From Macrostomum hystrix (Eukaryota; Animalia; Platyhelminthes): a stretch of 64,000 nt of DNA. Location: the NCBI GenBank assembly GCA_950097015.1, contig CATNEN010000002.1, positions 9,345,681 to 9,409,680 of the forward strand, in the 5' to 3' direction. Shown piece after piece: positions 13,879 through 28,000 of the stretch. The position numbers and the translations under genes were made by a program. Every line of letters begins with the position of its first letter. Positions within the stretch are counted from its first letter, which is position 1. The notes beneath the pieces are model-generated. The model saw only the letters and a program-made list of their open reading frames with translations. It searched no databases and was not told the origin of the DNA.

Positions 13879-14345
13879 TCGGCGTGCCGACTTAATCAAA
13901 CGCAGCGCCCAGAGCCCGGTCGATTGCAACTAGGAAGGGGAGAAGTGAGAATCGGCCAGGCCAGGGGTTGAGCGGTGCACAAAGCAGCCGGACCTCTGAC
14001 CCTTAACTGGCCAGGCGGCAATGTCGAATCACATGCAGCAGAGGCCACGGGCAGGCCCAAGGAAGGCGGGGCCGGCGCTCATGTGGCAGCTGCTGTCAGA
14101 GGTTTCGCCTCTGAGAGTGCTTGCATCAGCTGGGCCCTGTTGTTCTGCGGCAACGACTGCAGCTGTTTGTCACTGATGGAACGCTTTGAAGAGATCGCAG
14201 CTAGTAACAATCTCGATGCTCGCGACTTTGTTATTGTGAAGAATTCACTGTCGTACTCTCGAGTGCTGGCGAGATAAAGGCTAAGAAAAGCGCCGCGTTA
14301 TGCTTTGCCGATAGAACAAGAAGAAAAAATATGGGCCTATAGGGA

Positions 14346-15445
14346 TTAACTAGGGTAAGGAGGAGAAACGCGAACGGCTGGGGCGGTGCGGCGCTGAGGG
14401 CGACAGAACAGCCGCAGTGAGGGCGTAGCAGCTACGGCTTTTTTCAATGGTCCAATGGGGCTGGGCGAGGAATTCGTGCAGACGGCGGTGTTGGAACCGA
14501 CTATGGGACGGATACGGACGGCTGTGACCGTGGAAGTGGCAGGAGGCAGGAAATTGGTCAGTTCGGGCATTTGGGCGCAAGCTGTGTTATGAATGTCCGC
14601 ATTTTCCCACATTTGTCTATTCAACGGGCACAAGCCTCCGACCTCCGCTTGGTCATTCTGTTCTCTTGTCGGCCTTTCTAAATGAGAACGGACTGGAAAC
14701 AAATTGCGAATCGCATGGCAAAAAAATTCTATTGAAATCCTTCCCAATTGTACTTTACAAGCACCGTCCTCTCGTATGGCAACCAAAGCTTGGCGCGGCA
14801 ACGGCAAGCAGGCAGGCATTGAATAGAGAAAACGAGCGCTTAAAATGAAAGTGAAGATCACAAAGCCGACAGGGCGGGACGGAGGGAAGCGGATGCTGCG
14901 CGCTAGGCAAGGCAGCCTATTAAGCGAGCAGATGGAAGGGAGGCGAACCGTAGCGCCAAGAAATCAGCCCAACCCCTAATCCTCATTCAGGTTCGCATGA
15001 ACAGAAGCGCATGAGAGGTGTTGGTAGCCCCAATGCAATTCTAGGCCTTAATACAGCTGAGGCCGAAATGATTCCTATAGCCAACTCATCAGAGAAATAA
15101 AACTGATTCAGAGGCCAACCAGCGGTCGAATTAGGCGCGGATTTTCAGGCGGTGCAAATGACGGCTGCCCCTGACCATGCTGTCGAAAATCATCAAAATG
15201 GGAGAGTTAAAAATGAGGCAGGCCGGTTCCCATCTGATTGCTGGATTAGGTGTTTGGCCGGCTAGCTGTGGCAGACAGCAGAACCCAATCTGAGCGTGTA
15301 ACTCAATACCCGCTGGGTCTGGCAGCTCGAGAAGCCGAGCAGACAGCCACCCACCCCAGCTTGGCCCTACGGCTCTGTTGGGCTGGGCGCTTAATGAATT
15401 TAGAACCAGTATTAGGACAAGCAATTGACGCGACAATATGCACAA
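14346..15445 (-). CDS. Possible uncharacterised coding exons upstream of PLEKHH (mirror ~19050-20160, plus strand)
   Basis: 171-aa open frame (LVAIREDGACKVQLGRISIEFFCHAIRNLF) and a second segment (GPSWGGWLSARLLELPDPAGIELHAQIGFCC). No family recognised. Confidence 0.3.
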
Positions 15446-17240
15446 CTAGCCCATGGCCAAGGCTCATGAAGTGTGTGGCGAAGCTCGGTGTTACAGCAGA
15501 CGAAATTGCATAGTAGACTCTACATATGGAGCTAGGAATTGGCTTCCTAACTTACTCATAAAATAAATATTCATAGTTTATACTAATTTAAGACTGAAGA
15601 CAAATAAAATACTGGTTCATGAAGTATAAACCATAGTTTAACCCAAATCTAGCATACAAATCATAAAAAAGGTTCACATTATGGAATCTGTAATCATAAT
15701 AGAAAAGTTAAATTAAAAATAAGTCCAAAATAAATTCACGAATAGAAGCATCACAGATGTTCAAAAGTAGAGTCAGAGACACGAAAAAACTTGCTCGAAC
15801 TAAACATACTACTAACAGTAGTGACTGAATTATTAGCAAAAAATAGCTACAAGTGTATACATTTTCTAAACAGCTAATAGTAAAACAATAACCTTGTTGT
15901 TTAACATTTTTATAAAAAACGGACTACATAATATTCTACTAAGTAGTAGAATACGACATATATTGTAGCTAAAATAGTCTGTTGATTATCCTAAATATCC
16001 TAAATAAATATCCTAAATAAATTCTAAACATCTCACACAATAATTCCATACAAACTTCCGTCCCAACTTACTATTCCATGTCACTTGAGGGTGCTAGGCA
16101 ATGATACATTGCAGGAATAAATATGAATGATTGCACAATATTTGGAAAAAGATTGCCTACAATTCAAATTCATAGTTCCATAAGTTTTGTGGGCTCAAGT
16201 GCAGAGATCTTAATACCACTTGCACAATGTGGACTACCAGACTCCCAGCCTAATATTTAGCAAAGAAGATTGAAACTGATTTGTCAGACCTAGCCCAGCC
16301 TAGTCCCTAGCCCGCTACAAGCTAAAATGAAGAAATAATTGACTCTTTGCAGTTCTGTGGGAGGATATAATAATAAAAATTGACACTAGACCCAAGGCCA
16401 GTGCAGGTGTTGTGTCAAGCACACTAGCAGTGGAGACTGCACACCTATTGTACTCCCCGGGCTCTCTCGACACTGGTTGACAGTCGCGTGTCAGCAATGG
16501 CATTTATTTTTCCAAACATATCGGCAGCATCCAAAGCCCACAGAATTTCCGCACAGAACTGCTTTATTATTCCACGCCAGCCGGAATTATTATTACCAAA
16601 GATGTTGGGTACTCATTTGCAGCTGAGTAGACTGTGTGCACATCAGCGCAAAGCAGCTTGCCAAAGGCTGCACGAATAGTTCTAGACTAGGTCGGGAGTC
16701 GAACCCGGACCATCTGATCAGAGTCCGACACCTTACTGACTGAGCTTCCGCCCTTTTTGGGCAGATATGGGAGGACATGGGAAGTTTATGGTTATGATAC
16801 ATCATACAGATATAGATATGGAACAGACTATAGCCAGTCTGGAACTTTGTAGATAGTGATAGAATATCTACAGGAAACATACATTGCAGCACCTGGCCGA
16901 CCTGGCCAAACGGCCGGGTGAAACAGGGCCAAGCAAGGATGTTGCAAAAACCAATTGACCAAGCGCAAAAAAAATCAAAGGTGGGACCAAGGACAAAAGG
17001 AAGGTGTTGAAAAAAGGAAAAAGGAGAGAGAAAAAGAGAGCAAATAAGAGCAAACTAAGTTGTAATTAATCAATGAATGACCTAAGTCACAAATTGAGAG
17101 CAAACTAAGTTTGTAAATAGAGCAAAAAACTAAGTCGTACGGCCGGCCTAAGATTTTGGGAGGTTTTGCGCATGTATGACAGAAAACTTGGCTTAGCAGA
17201 ACTCTAACATTCTAGGCCAATATACTTTGCCACATCCCAT

Positions 17241-17263
17241 ACCTAGGGATTAAGCTATCATAC
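17241..17263. other. 23-nt non-palindromic spacer at the symmetry centre
   Basis: acctagggattaagctatcatac lies between ...gccacatcccat and atgggatgtggc... Confidence 0.9.
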
Positions 17264-17752
17264 ATGGGATGTGGCAAAGTATATTGGCCTAGATGTTAGA
17301 GTTCTGCTATAGCCAAGTTTTTCCTGTCATACATGCGCACCTCCCAAATCTTAGCCGGACGTACGACTTAGTTTTTGCTCTATTTACAACTTAGTTTGCT
17401 CTCATTTGTGACTTAGTTCATTTCATTGATTAATTTACAACTTAGTTTGCTCTTATTTGCTCTCTTTTTCTCTCTCCTTTTTCCTTTTCTTCACACCTTC
17501 CTTTTTTGTCCTTGTCCCACTTTGATTTTTTTGCGCTTGGTCAATTGGTTTTTGCAACATTCCTTGCTTGGCCCTTGTTTTCACCCGCCGGTTTGGCAGT
17601 CGGCCAGGTGCTGCACATGTATGTTTTCCTGTAGATATTCATATCACTATCTACAAAGTTTCCTAGACTGGCTATAGTCTGTCCATATCTATATCTGTAT
17701 GATGTATCTATAACCATTAAACTTCCCATGTCCTCCCATATCTGCCCAAAAA

Positions 17753-17910
17753 GGGCGGATAGCTCAGTCAGTAAGGTGTCGGACTCTGGATCAGATGGTC
17801 CTGGGTTCGACTCCCGACCTAGTCTAGAACTATTCGTGCAGCCTTTGGCAAGCTGCTTTGCGCTGATGTGCACACAGTCTACTCAGCTGCAAATGAGTAC
17901 CCACATTTCT
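17753..17910 (+). mobile_element. tRNA-derived SINE, family A (mirror at ~16600-16752, minus strand)
   Basis: A-box TAGCTCAGTCAG and B-box GGTTCGACTCC in a tRNA-like head whose acceptor stem does not close. Followed by ggcaagctgct...ctcagctgcaaatgagtacc, a core shared with 48593 and 57806. Confidence 0.75.
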
Positions 17911-20632
17911 TTGGGTAATATAATTCCGGCTGCGTGGAAAGCATTTCTGTGCGGAAATTCTGTGGGCTTTGGATGCTGCCGATATGTTTGGAAAATAAAT
18001 GCCATTGCTGACACGCGACTGTCAACCAGTGTCCGAGAGAGCCGGGGAGTACAATAGGTGTGCAGTCTCCACCTGCTAGTGTGCTTGACACAACACCTGC
18101 ACTGGCCCTTGGGTCTAGTGTCAATTATTATTATTATATCCTCCCACAGAACTGCAAAGAGTCATGTTTATTTCTCATTTTAGTCTTGTAGCTGGGCTAG
18201 GGACTAGGCTGGGCTAGTGTCTTGACAAATCAGTTTCAATCTTCTTTGCTAATATTAGCTGGAGTCTGGTAGTCCACATTGTGCAAGTGGTATTAAATCT
18301 CTGCACTTGAGCCCACAAAACTTATGGAACTATGAATTTGAATGTAGGCAATCTTTTTCCAATATTGTGCAATCATTCATATCTTTATTCCTGCAATTGT
18401 ATCATTGCCATAGCACCCTCAGTGACATGGAATAGTAAGTTGGGACGGAAGTTTGTATGGAATTATTGTGTGAGATGTTTAGAATTTTTTAGGATATTTA
18501 TTTAGGATATTTAGGATAATCAACAGACTATTTTAGCTACAATATATGTCGTATTCTACTACTTAGTAGAATATTATGTAGTTCCGTTTTTTATTAAAAT
18601 GTTAAACAACAAGGTTATTGTTTTACTATTAGCTGTTTAGAAAATGTATACACTTGTAGCTATTTTTTGCTAATATTTCAGTCACTACTGTTAGTAGTAT
18701 GTTTAGTTCTGAGCAAGTTTTTTCGTGTCTCTGACTCTACTTTTGAACATCTGTGATGCTTCTATTCGTGAATTTTATTTTGGACTTATTTTTAATTTAA
18801 CTTTTCTATTATGATTACAGATTCCATAATGTGAACCTTTTTTAATGATTTGTATGCTAGATTTGGGTTAAACTATGGTTTATACTTCATGAACCATATT
18901 TTATTTGTCTTCAGTCTTAAATTAGTATAAACTATGATATTTATTTTATGAGTAAGTTAGGAAGCCAATTTCCTAGCTCCATATGTAGAGTCTACTATGC
19001 ATTTCGTCTGCTGTAACACCGAGCTTCGCCACACACTTCATGAGCCTTGGCCATGGGCTAGTTGTGCATATGTGTCGCGTCAATTGCTTGTCCTAATACT
19101 GGTTCTAAATTCATTAAGCGCCCAGCCCAACAGAGCCTGTAGGGCCAAGCTGGGGTGGGTGGCTGTCTGCTCGGCTTCTCGAGCTGCCAGACCCAGCGGT
19201 ATTGAGTTACACGCTCAGATTGGTTCTGCTGTCTGCCACAGCTAGCCGGCCAAACACCTAATCAGCATCAGATGGGAACCGGCCTGCCTCATTTTTTAAC
19301 TCTCCCATTTTGATGATTTTCGACAGCATGGTCAGGGCAGCCGTCATTTGCACCGCCTGAAAATCCGCGCCTAATTCGACCGCTGGTTTGGCCTCTGAAT
19401 CAGTTTTTATTTCTCTGATGAGTTTGCTATAGGAATCATTCGGGCTCAGCTGTATTAAGGCCTAGAATTGCATTGGGGCTACCAACACCTCTCATGCGCT
19501 TCTGTTCATGCGAACCTGAATGAGGATTAGGGGTTGGGGCTGATTTCTTGGCGCTACGGTTCGCCTCCCTTCCATCTGCTCGCTTAATTAGGCTGCCTTG
19601 CCTAGCGCGCAGCATCCGCTTCCCTCCTGTCCCGCCCTGTCGGCTTTGTGATCTTCACTTTCATTTTAAGCGCTCGTTTTCTCTATTCAATGCCTGCCTG
19701 CTTGCCGTTGCCGCGCCAAGCTTTGGTGCCATACGAGAGGACGGTGCTTGTAAAGTACAATTGGGAAGGATTTCAATAGAATTTTTTTTGCCATGCGATT
19801 CGCAATTTGTTTCCAGTCCGTTCTCATTTAGAAAGGCCGACAAGAGAACAGAATGACCAAGCGGAGGTCGGAGGCTTGTGCCCGTTGAATAGACAATGTG
19901 GGAAAATGCGACATTCATACACAGCTTGCGCCCAAATGCCCGAACTGACCAATTTTCCTGCCTCCTGCCACTTCCACGGTCACAGCCGTCCCGTATCCGT
20001 CCCATAGTCGGTTTCCAACACCGCCCGTCTGCACGAATTCCTCGCCCAGCCCCCATTGGACCATTGAAAAGCCGTAGCTGCTACGCCCTCACTGCGGCTG
20101 TTCTGTCGCCCTCAGCGCCGCACCCGCCCCAGCCGTTCGCGTTTCTCCTCCTTACCCTAGTTAATCCCTATAGCCCCATATTTTTTTCTTCTTGTTCTAT
20201 CGGCAAAGCATAACGCGGCGCTTTTCTTAGCCTTTATCTCGCCAGCACTCGAGAGTACGACAGTGAATTCTTCACAATAACAAAGTCGCGAGCATCGAGA
20301 TTGTTACTAGCTGCGATCTCTTCAAAGCGTTCCATCCAGTGACAAACAGCTGCAGTCGTTGCCGCAGAACAACAGGGCCCAGCTGATGCAGCACTCTCAG
20401 AGGCGAAACCTCTGACAGCAGCTGCCACATGAGCGCCGGCCCCGCCTTCCTTGGGCCTGCCCCGTGGCCTCTGCTGCATGTGATTCGACATTGCCGCCTG
20501 GCCAGTTAAGGGTCAGAGGTCCGGCTGCTTTGTGCACCGCTCAACCCCTGGCCTGGCCGATTCCTCACTTCTCCCCTTCCTAGTTGCAATCGACCGGGCT
20601 CTGGGCGCTGTTTGATTAAGTCGGGCACGCCG

Positions 20633-23600
20633 ATGTCTGAGCTGGGCAATCCCGAATTGTCGGTCGGATCTGACCCCCTCGCCAATTAAATGCAGATGAG
20701 AGGCTGGTGGTTGCCGCGCTAACCCGGAGCTGCATGAGTTGGAGGCCTCCTACTGCGATCTGTTGCAAATGCACCTGGCGCCTTTCTGATTCTCACCAGG
20801 CGTCTGCGACTGTTGCGCTCCACCATCGAGACTCGACTCGAGTTCATCCAGCTGAACCCCAACAACGTGCGCCTGCATCGACTCTCCCTGTACCGTTCTA
20901 GCCTTCTGCAGCTCGACTCCCAGGTTCTGAGTCTCTCTGAGGCAATTAACCGTGAACTGCAGGCCGTTAATTACCAGAAGGCTCACGAGACACTCCTACC
21001 CGGACCCATCCGCTTGGCAAGTCCCTGTCCCGCAACAGCTATAGCGAGACTGACCTGAACGACCCGAAGCGACTGCTATCGGTATCCGCGGGACCGAAGG
21101 AGGCATCGAACAGTAGCGGCACCACCAATAGCGACTTCCGAAAGAGCTACAGCTCGCCTCGCTCCCTGAGTGCTACTCAAGCTTGTCAGAAACCTATGAA
21201 AATTTCATTCTGAACAATGCTAATTTGGACACAGTGAAAATCTCATGCGACTCGTCCAGCTCTAGTTCTAGTTCTCGGATTACCAGCACCGACGCCAGCG
21301 TCAGCGGTGTGACCCCGAGCTCCAATCTGGGCACATCATCACCTGCGTTGGCCTCTACATCGGAAGACTTAGAGAGAGGCGCAGTTGCTATGCAGGAGTT
21401 TTATATTAGTCCGGGCACAACCTACTTTCAAATGGAGAGCCCTTCGGTTAGCATGACTGTCCCTTCTGCAGGTTTTGTTGAGTCAAACGCGGCAATGAAT
21501 AAGCCGGCGCCGCCCAAAGTGCGCATTAACCGAAAGCAATTTCTGCAGACTTCAACAGACACGCAGCCATACATGGACAGCTCAGCTAGTAATGGCAGCT
21601 CCAGGAGCGTTGCCGCCCCTACTCTGCAGCCAGCAAGTACTCAAAGCGGCCAAACGTTATACAGTCTCCCCGCTGAGGTGGCTTGCTCCGGATCCGGGTG
21701 AAAAGGGCTCAAGGAAGAGTGCATCTGAAGCCCCTTATGATGTATTGGCGGAACTGATGAATATGAGCCAAATCTGAGGCATCAAGTATTTGGAAGACCC
21801 AGAGTACACCCTCCTTATCTACTCAAGCATCAACTAAGTGAGGAATCGTGTGTTAGACCTGTCTTGGATCTGTCAGAGGGCAATTTGTCTTCTTCATTTG
21901 AGCGAACTCTGCTTCACACTGAGCCGGCCGTGAGGGAGCCCAGAAAAGCCATGCTTAAACCCGGCCACTTACGAAAGGGCATGCAGGATCGACCCTTGCT
22001 GGGATCAGCGAGCAAGAGTTGCCGAGATACCTGTCGGAGCCCAATACTCCCATGCAGGATAAAATCCCCAGCTCAGTTTCTGCTGCCGCCCCTTTAAAGC
22101 TGCGCAGCTCGGAGGAGCGCGTTTACTTGGCGCTAGCAGCAACAGCGATACATCAGCGAAGCTGTACCCGATTCTCCCGATATTTTGGCCTCTTCTAAAA
22201 CTAAGCAAATTGCTTCCCGGCAGGCATGATCCCTGGATCGCTTAACTCGAGCATTCAAGTTTTGTCTTCGATAAAGGGATTGCTAAAGCAGATTTAGCTA
22301 GGCGTGTACACGAGGCGATTGTTGGCGCATCCGAACGCAAACAGGAATCAAAGCACTAGCGGCTGCTCTTCCCATCTACTCGTGTGTCAAGGGCTCTGCA
22401 AGGTTGGTTCAAGCTGCACCCAATCGATCTTCAGTTTGACAACTCTGAGTGCGAGAGTTCTGAGTACGATAACGCTTTTCAAGTTGACCCAAACGGTCGG
22501 TCAGTGATGTCCGAAAGCGCAGTCAGTGCGTCCTCTGTTAGCATGGACTACTACCTGCCACCTGATGACTCCAGCGTCGCAGGTGATTCAGCTAATGCTG
22601 CTGTTTTACTCACTGCTGGGCCCTCACAGAGTTGCCCTCTGCCTGACTCTAAAGTTATAAAAAATGGTTTCGTTAACAAATTAAGTGGCAAATTTAAAGT
22701 GTGGCGGCGTTTCTGGTGCATTTTAACAACCCACAGCCTACTGTTTTATCCAGCAAAGCCAGGAGCAAACAGAAAGCTCAGCTGTGTGTTTCACTTAAGA
22801 TATTGAGTCTGTAAGTCGTTCTTGTTTGCATGACTATGGTATTGATGTCAAGGTTCAAGGTTCAGAAAAGTCTTTGTACCTTAGCTGCGACTCGACCAGT
22901 GGAGATCACTCTGGTATTACGCTATGGTCGGCTCAATCAAGCGCCATAACTCTGAGCTAATAGTGCAGAGAAATTCGGGACGGCTGCTTTACAAAGGTTG
23001 GCTTAAGCGCGTTAATGCGGAAACAGCAAGAAGCTTTACTGCAGATTATATGGACACTTTCTTGTATATTACAAGCGGCATACAGATTCCGTTCCAACCG
23101 GAAGCAAAGATTTATCTAATTGCATAATTTCTGAGCATTTGGCGGCAGCTCATCTGAAAGTGACGGCGACTACAGTGAGTGACCTCTCCCAACAGAACCA
23201 TTGCTGTTCGAAGTAAGGGCAAGGAGCCCGTTTATTTTATTTGCACGGATGAGGCTGAGTTTGTCAGATGGCGCCATCTTTTGACTCAGCTTGCCTGCCG
23301 AATCGAACCTCAGAGTGTTGCGGAAATACTGCCAGTTCCAAAATCACCGACACCCAAGCTTAGTCGGAAAGTTATGCCCAGGCGTCAGTCTTGGCTCAAC
23401 TCACCCTTTTCTACTCACCTCGCGCATTTGATGGGTGAGGATTTTCATGGAAATTTCTGGCACTCAGACCAGCCACTTGATGCTCCGCTTTCAAAGATCC
23501 CTCCGATTTGAACAACTCCGCACTGCTGCTTTTCCAGCTCATTTTGCTCTATATTTACCCGTCTGCAGATAGCAATCCGATAGAAAAGACGGAATTGGTT

Positions 23601-25099
23601 AAGCGGCTCTGCTTGTATTGCTTTGACCTACCGCTTCTAAAAGACGAATTGTATTTGCAACTCGTGATGCAAACCATTCCTTCGTCTAAGTTAAGCTGAC
23701 ACCAAAGGAGCGAAAGTCCAAGTTTAAGTGCTCATCACCTAAGTTTTTATGCTCAACGCATTCAAGCTCGTCAACGATTTCAGCCGGCAGCCAGCAACCA
23801 CGGGTATCAGAGTCTGACCTTCCTGCATCCATTCAGTCTTCATGGCAGTTGTTTTCTCTGGTTTCACCTCTATTTCTGCCTTCTGATTTGGCTTTGTCGT
23901 TTGTTGAGTATTATCTTAGCGAGCAAATCAAGAGCAATAATGCGCTTATCGCAAAGTTTGCTACCTTTTGTCAAACTTGCCTACAAAAACTCGCGAATTC
24001 GGTGGTCGATCGCAGCCTCCTTCATCGCTGGAAGTAACTCAATGCTTCTGAGACAGCCGTTCTCCGTTTCCGATCCTTTCAGCGTTCCTGTATCACTTCT
24101 CGGCAAGCCTTACAAGGTGGTCGGATTTCATGGCTCATCGACGGTCGCTGATCTCTGCAAATCAGCCATTTCCGCCTTTGAGCTACCATAACAAAGAATG
24201 TTGCCTTCTCATTGTACATAAAAGACAACCAGTCATTTGTGTATCTTGACCCTACCTGGAAAGTTTGTGATGTTTTGAGCAATGCGACAACGGAGTCAGC
24301 AACAGCACGTTTGAAGACGTCAGAGCAAGCCAGCTTCGATTGCGCATTCACCAGGCCGGGATCGACCAAGTCGTGCTCCAGTCGACTTTTATTTACGATG
24401 TCGTTCCTATCAGCTAAGCATGTTTGATACTGAGCTCACGGAATTTGAATTAGAAGCAGTTGTTTACCAGATTCAGTTTGATCTTCTTGTCAGTTACTAT
24501 CCTGTAGATGGGGTGACCCTTCTAATCACCATAGCGCACCTTTGCCAAGCTCTGAAGGCAACTACAGAAATATCGTTCACAAGGATCAGACTCTTGGCCT
24601 TTTAATCAAGCAGTTGTTTCCGCTTGTTGTAACTCACGAGGAGGACAGAGTCATGCACCTGAAGCTTATGCTTTTAGAGCAATGGGGTGCTAATTGCTCC
24701 AAAAGCAAGTTGACTTGTCTTCGAAACTACATCAGTTCTCTTTTCTGGACAGGAGCATCTGGGAGCCAGGTTTTTCCCTTGCCGCTGCGTTTGACTTTGA
24801 TCTTTATCGAGGTACCGATTTACTATTGGCTGTATCTGAGCAGGCGATTCATATTTTTGATGCAGGCGAGCAGAGTGTGATCGAGCAGATTAACCTTGTC
24901 GACCTAGTTGCCTTCGGTGGGCAGAACTACAATTTCTTTCTGGTTACCAGCCTGCTGAATCTTCTAACTACAGAAAATGCAGTTTACATTCGCTTCGCCT
25001 CTGGATATTATGGAATGCAGTCAAATTGTCTGCGACTATCTTAAAGCGGTGGATGCTGGAGCTCGCTGACAGCTAATATCTGCTGTCCACACGGGCTGA
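20633..25099 (+). CDS. PLEKHH: Mirror copy of the PLEKHH/MAX-1-like gene with more frameshifts
   Basis: ORF pieces from 20813..21058 through 24694..25044 reproduce the same protein in short frames. Confidence 0.88.
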
Positions 25100-28000
25100 G
25101 CTTAAACTCTACAACATATGATTGCTTTGTGGTGTGTTTCAGTGACGAGCGTTTTTTTTAATTAGATGCTTGTTCTTCCGATTATTCGACTCAACAGAAC
25201 TCCATGAAATTCAGTAAGGCATTATTATAAATTTCCTTGCAATAGGAGAGTATTATGGTTCTTTTTGACTTTTTGATGTAACTACGAGCGTACAGGTAGT
25301 TCTTGTTTCTTTGCTGAGCTACAAATAAGCAGCCAACAAGAAAGTTTCGTGTCTGTGTTATCTTCAGTATATTTCCAGGATATATTAAGCTGTTAGAATT
25401 TATCCGAGCCTTTGCTTGACATCATCAGTATGCTATTTACGTGCGTTTGTGCCTTTCCCTGGATTCATCATGCACTTGCATGCTAGTGTTTTTTCAATCG
25501 GCATCATATAGGCTTGCTTTTGATAGAAGAAATATATATTATAATTGATCTTAATTGATTTCGCTTTTGATCTTATCTATTCTCTAGTGTAATGTCGCAT
25601 GCTTCGTACAGTACATCACATTTTACACATTATAGTTGCCATTGCCGTATGTGAACACTTCCTTTAATGCGCCTTCTTTTGTCGCCCCCAGATCTCAGCA
25701 TATTTTTGTTTAATAATTTGTATGCTATCATACTTTACTTAACTAGTGTACATTTCTGTAGCCGAATTTATTCTACGATGAACCAGATGCAATTGTCTAC
25801 CTTATAATTTTCGTCTCAGACTTTTTATCTTCTTTTAGAATATGATAGCTTACGCAACTAAAATGGAGCAGTCGTTTAGAGCAGGGTGATTTAGATCGAG
25901 TTGATGTATGCACGACATGTGAGGCCTCATGAGCTAATAAATTATTCATAACTCAGCCGGGTACGTGCCACGTGCTCGCCATGCTGTTACTATGGTGACC
26001 GAGAAGATTTTTTTTAAGAAAGTGCATGCCTTCAATCATTTTTAATTTTTTGCATATTCGCATTCGCAGGCTGCTCTGGGATCATCACGAATGATCTTAA
26101 CCCTCTCTGCAGGCTTAGTAGATTAAGTGACTGACTTATCCCACTAAGGATTGAAGGCGCTATCCTGCCTGCACTGTCAAACTGAAACCTTCGAGATAAG
26201 CTGGAAAGTTCAGGTTGCATCGGAGATTTCGCGACAGTGGCAGCACGGAACTAGTTTTTGACTTGTAAGTTATCTCCTTATCTATCTGGGCTCAGTGGTA
26301 CAGAGCCGCGTTTTTTCTCACTGATAGACCTGTGCGCAATTCCTACCCGAAGCCAAAATTGTGAGAGCTGTCTGTAGACTGAAAAGACTGTAAAGAATTG
26401 TCTAAAGTGGCTTGAATCGATTGAAGCCTGGTTTCAACCCTGCTGTTGCGTACACAGCAGAGGCGAAGCGGAATTGTCGTGCTCTCCGGCAAATGCCATG
26501 CCTCCGATTTTGTTCTGCGCCGTTTTAAGTATGCTGCTGCACTTGATAAGTGTGCGCTCCTGATCAAGTTAGTTCAGCCCGCACATCAGGCATCGATTGT
26601 TTGAAATCCTTAACTAGCCAAAACTTTCGTGTCACCTAACTAGCTGTAGGCCTAGGCCAATTGCTTTGCCTTCCGAGACTCCTTGATTTTCTCTTCATCG
26701 AGGCGAGAAAGGATCTTGGTGTGACCTGCCGGCCTGTTAACTAAAGTTATTCTATTTTTAGCCATCAAGTTTCTGCCTCGCAAATGCTCGATTCACAGAA
26801 TCCAGATTGGACAGAATATAAAATAACTTCCCTTACCATATTGTCAATTCTCTTGTAATTCCTGACGAGATTGAATCCTAAGTCAGCCAGTGGGAATTAG
26901 AGATGATGGCTTAAGAGAGAAGGAACTTCTTTCACTCTCTTCTATGAACGCAACGCTTGGAATAAGGATTTATTTAGTAGTATTGAAGCTTCTTGCTCAG
27001 CAAAGTGTTGAGGAAGAGCTCTTTGTCGAATTGGCAGCTTGGAGTTGATGTCAGAACTCAAAGTGCAGCCTCGGAGTGGGTATTTGTGAGTCCAGTTGAA
27101 CTTGGCAGGTGATCTCATCACCTGAAATGCTAATAATAAATTCGTGCTGCCCAAATCGCAATTCTTCGGAGCCACATACTTTTCTGACGTCATTCCTCGT
27201 TTAGCACAAGTAGCTCGTAGTTAGTTCGGTGGTACAAACCAAGCAAAAATCACGTCTTTTCTCTTTAATTTAATTTTTCAATGAAGGATTTGATTATCAT
27301 TAAAACAGCTGTCTCTGGTCCTAAACTCCACGTTTGATTGCACTCTGCTTAGCGCTGGTCTTGGATTTCTGGTTAATTTCCTTAGCTGCTCCGCATTCTA
27401 AAGCCTCAATCAATCATCCCGTGATGAATGGCGCGCCGCGCTGCCTCCCGCAGTCAGAGGCGCAGCTTGCCGGCCCACCTTGCAGCATTTGCCTATGTCC
27501 GAAACTTGAGACACAACCGACCTTTGCTTCGTCTACAGTCCCTATAGCTAGCCTGGCCCAGGCTGTTGTTTCATTCCTAGGGCCACTTCTCGGGCACGGG
27601 TGACCCGGATCATAATTGATGACTATTTTTTGCAACGCCGCTTTCCTCTTGAAAGACAGGCACAGGTCGGCATGCCCGCCTGGCCACTGCGTTCGCGGTC
27701 TTGATACTCATAAAAATTTGCTGGCTCGGATAGTGCCGCCCGGTGGATTTCAGCAATGCGAAACGGTGGCCTTTTCTCAGGCCGTTAGTAATAATCCCAC
27801 GCTCCCATTTCTCCTAAAGATCTCTCGGTCCGGGATTCAATTAGGGCTAGGGTCTAAAACGCTAATCCGGTACATAGGCTGGGTCATAATTCCGAGCGCT
27901 ACTATGAAATCCCAACACTCTCGCCTTCGCCCATCTCTTCCTCTCGCCGGTTTCCCCTCTCCATTTCTCCTTGGTCTTTTCCTCCTTGGGTCTGTCTCCT

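Larger units (their letters stand above)
1..17240. repeat. Left arm of giant inverted duplication (may extend beyond window start)
   Basis: Reverse complement of 17264-~34359 throughout. Same ORFs appear on opposite strands, e.g. MSETYENFILNN at 13325(-) and 21183(+), MENANTIVLRAF at 1421(-) and ~32953(+). Differences are mostly 1-nt indels. Confidence 0.97.

Noticed and set aside
17241-17263. Retained PacBio adapter or protelomerase/hairpin-telomere site
   Set aside because: The spacer has no similarity to the standard SMRTbell adapter, and there is no telomere repeat, resolvase gene or viral context.
17753-17825. Functional tRNA gene
   Set aside because: A and B boxes are present, but the acceptor stem cannot pair (GGGCGGA versus CCTAGTC), the anticodon stem has a mismatch, and a SINE body follows.
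20633-25099. Right-arm PLEKHH copy as a decaying pseudogene
   Set aside because: Lesions are single-base indels, often in homopolymers, with almost no substitutions. The same pattern affects single-copy genes in the window, so sequencing error is the simpler explanation.
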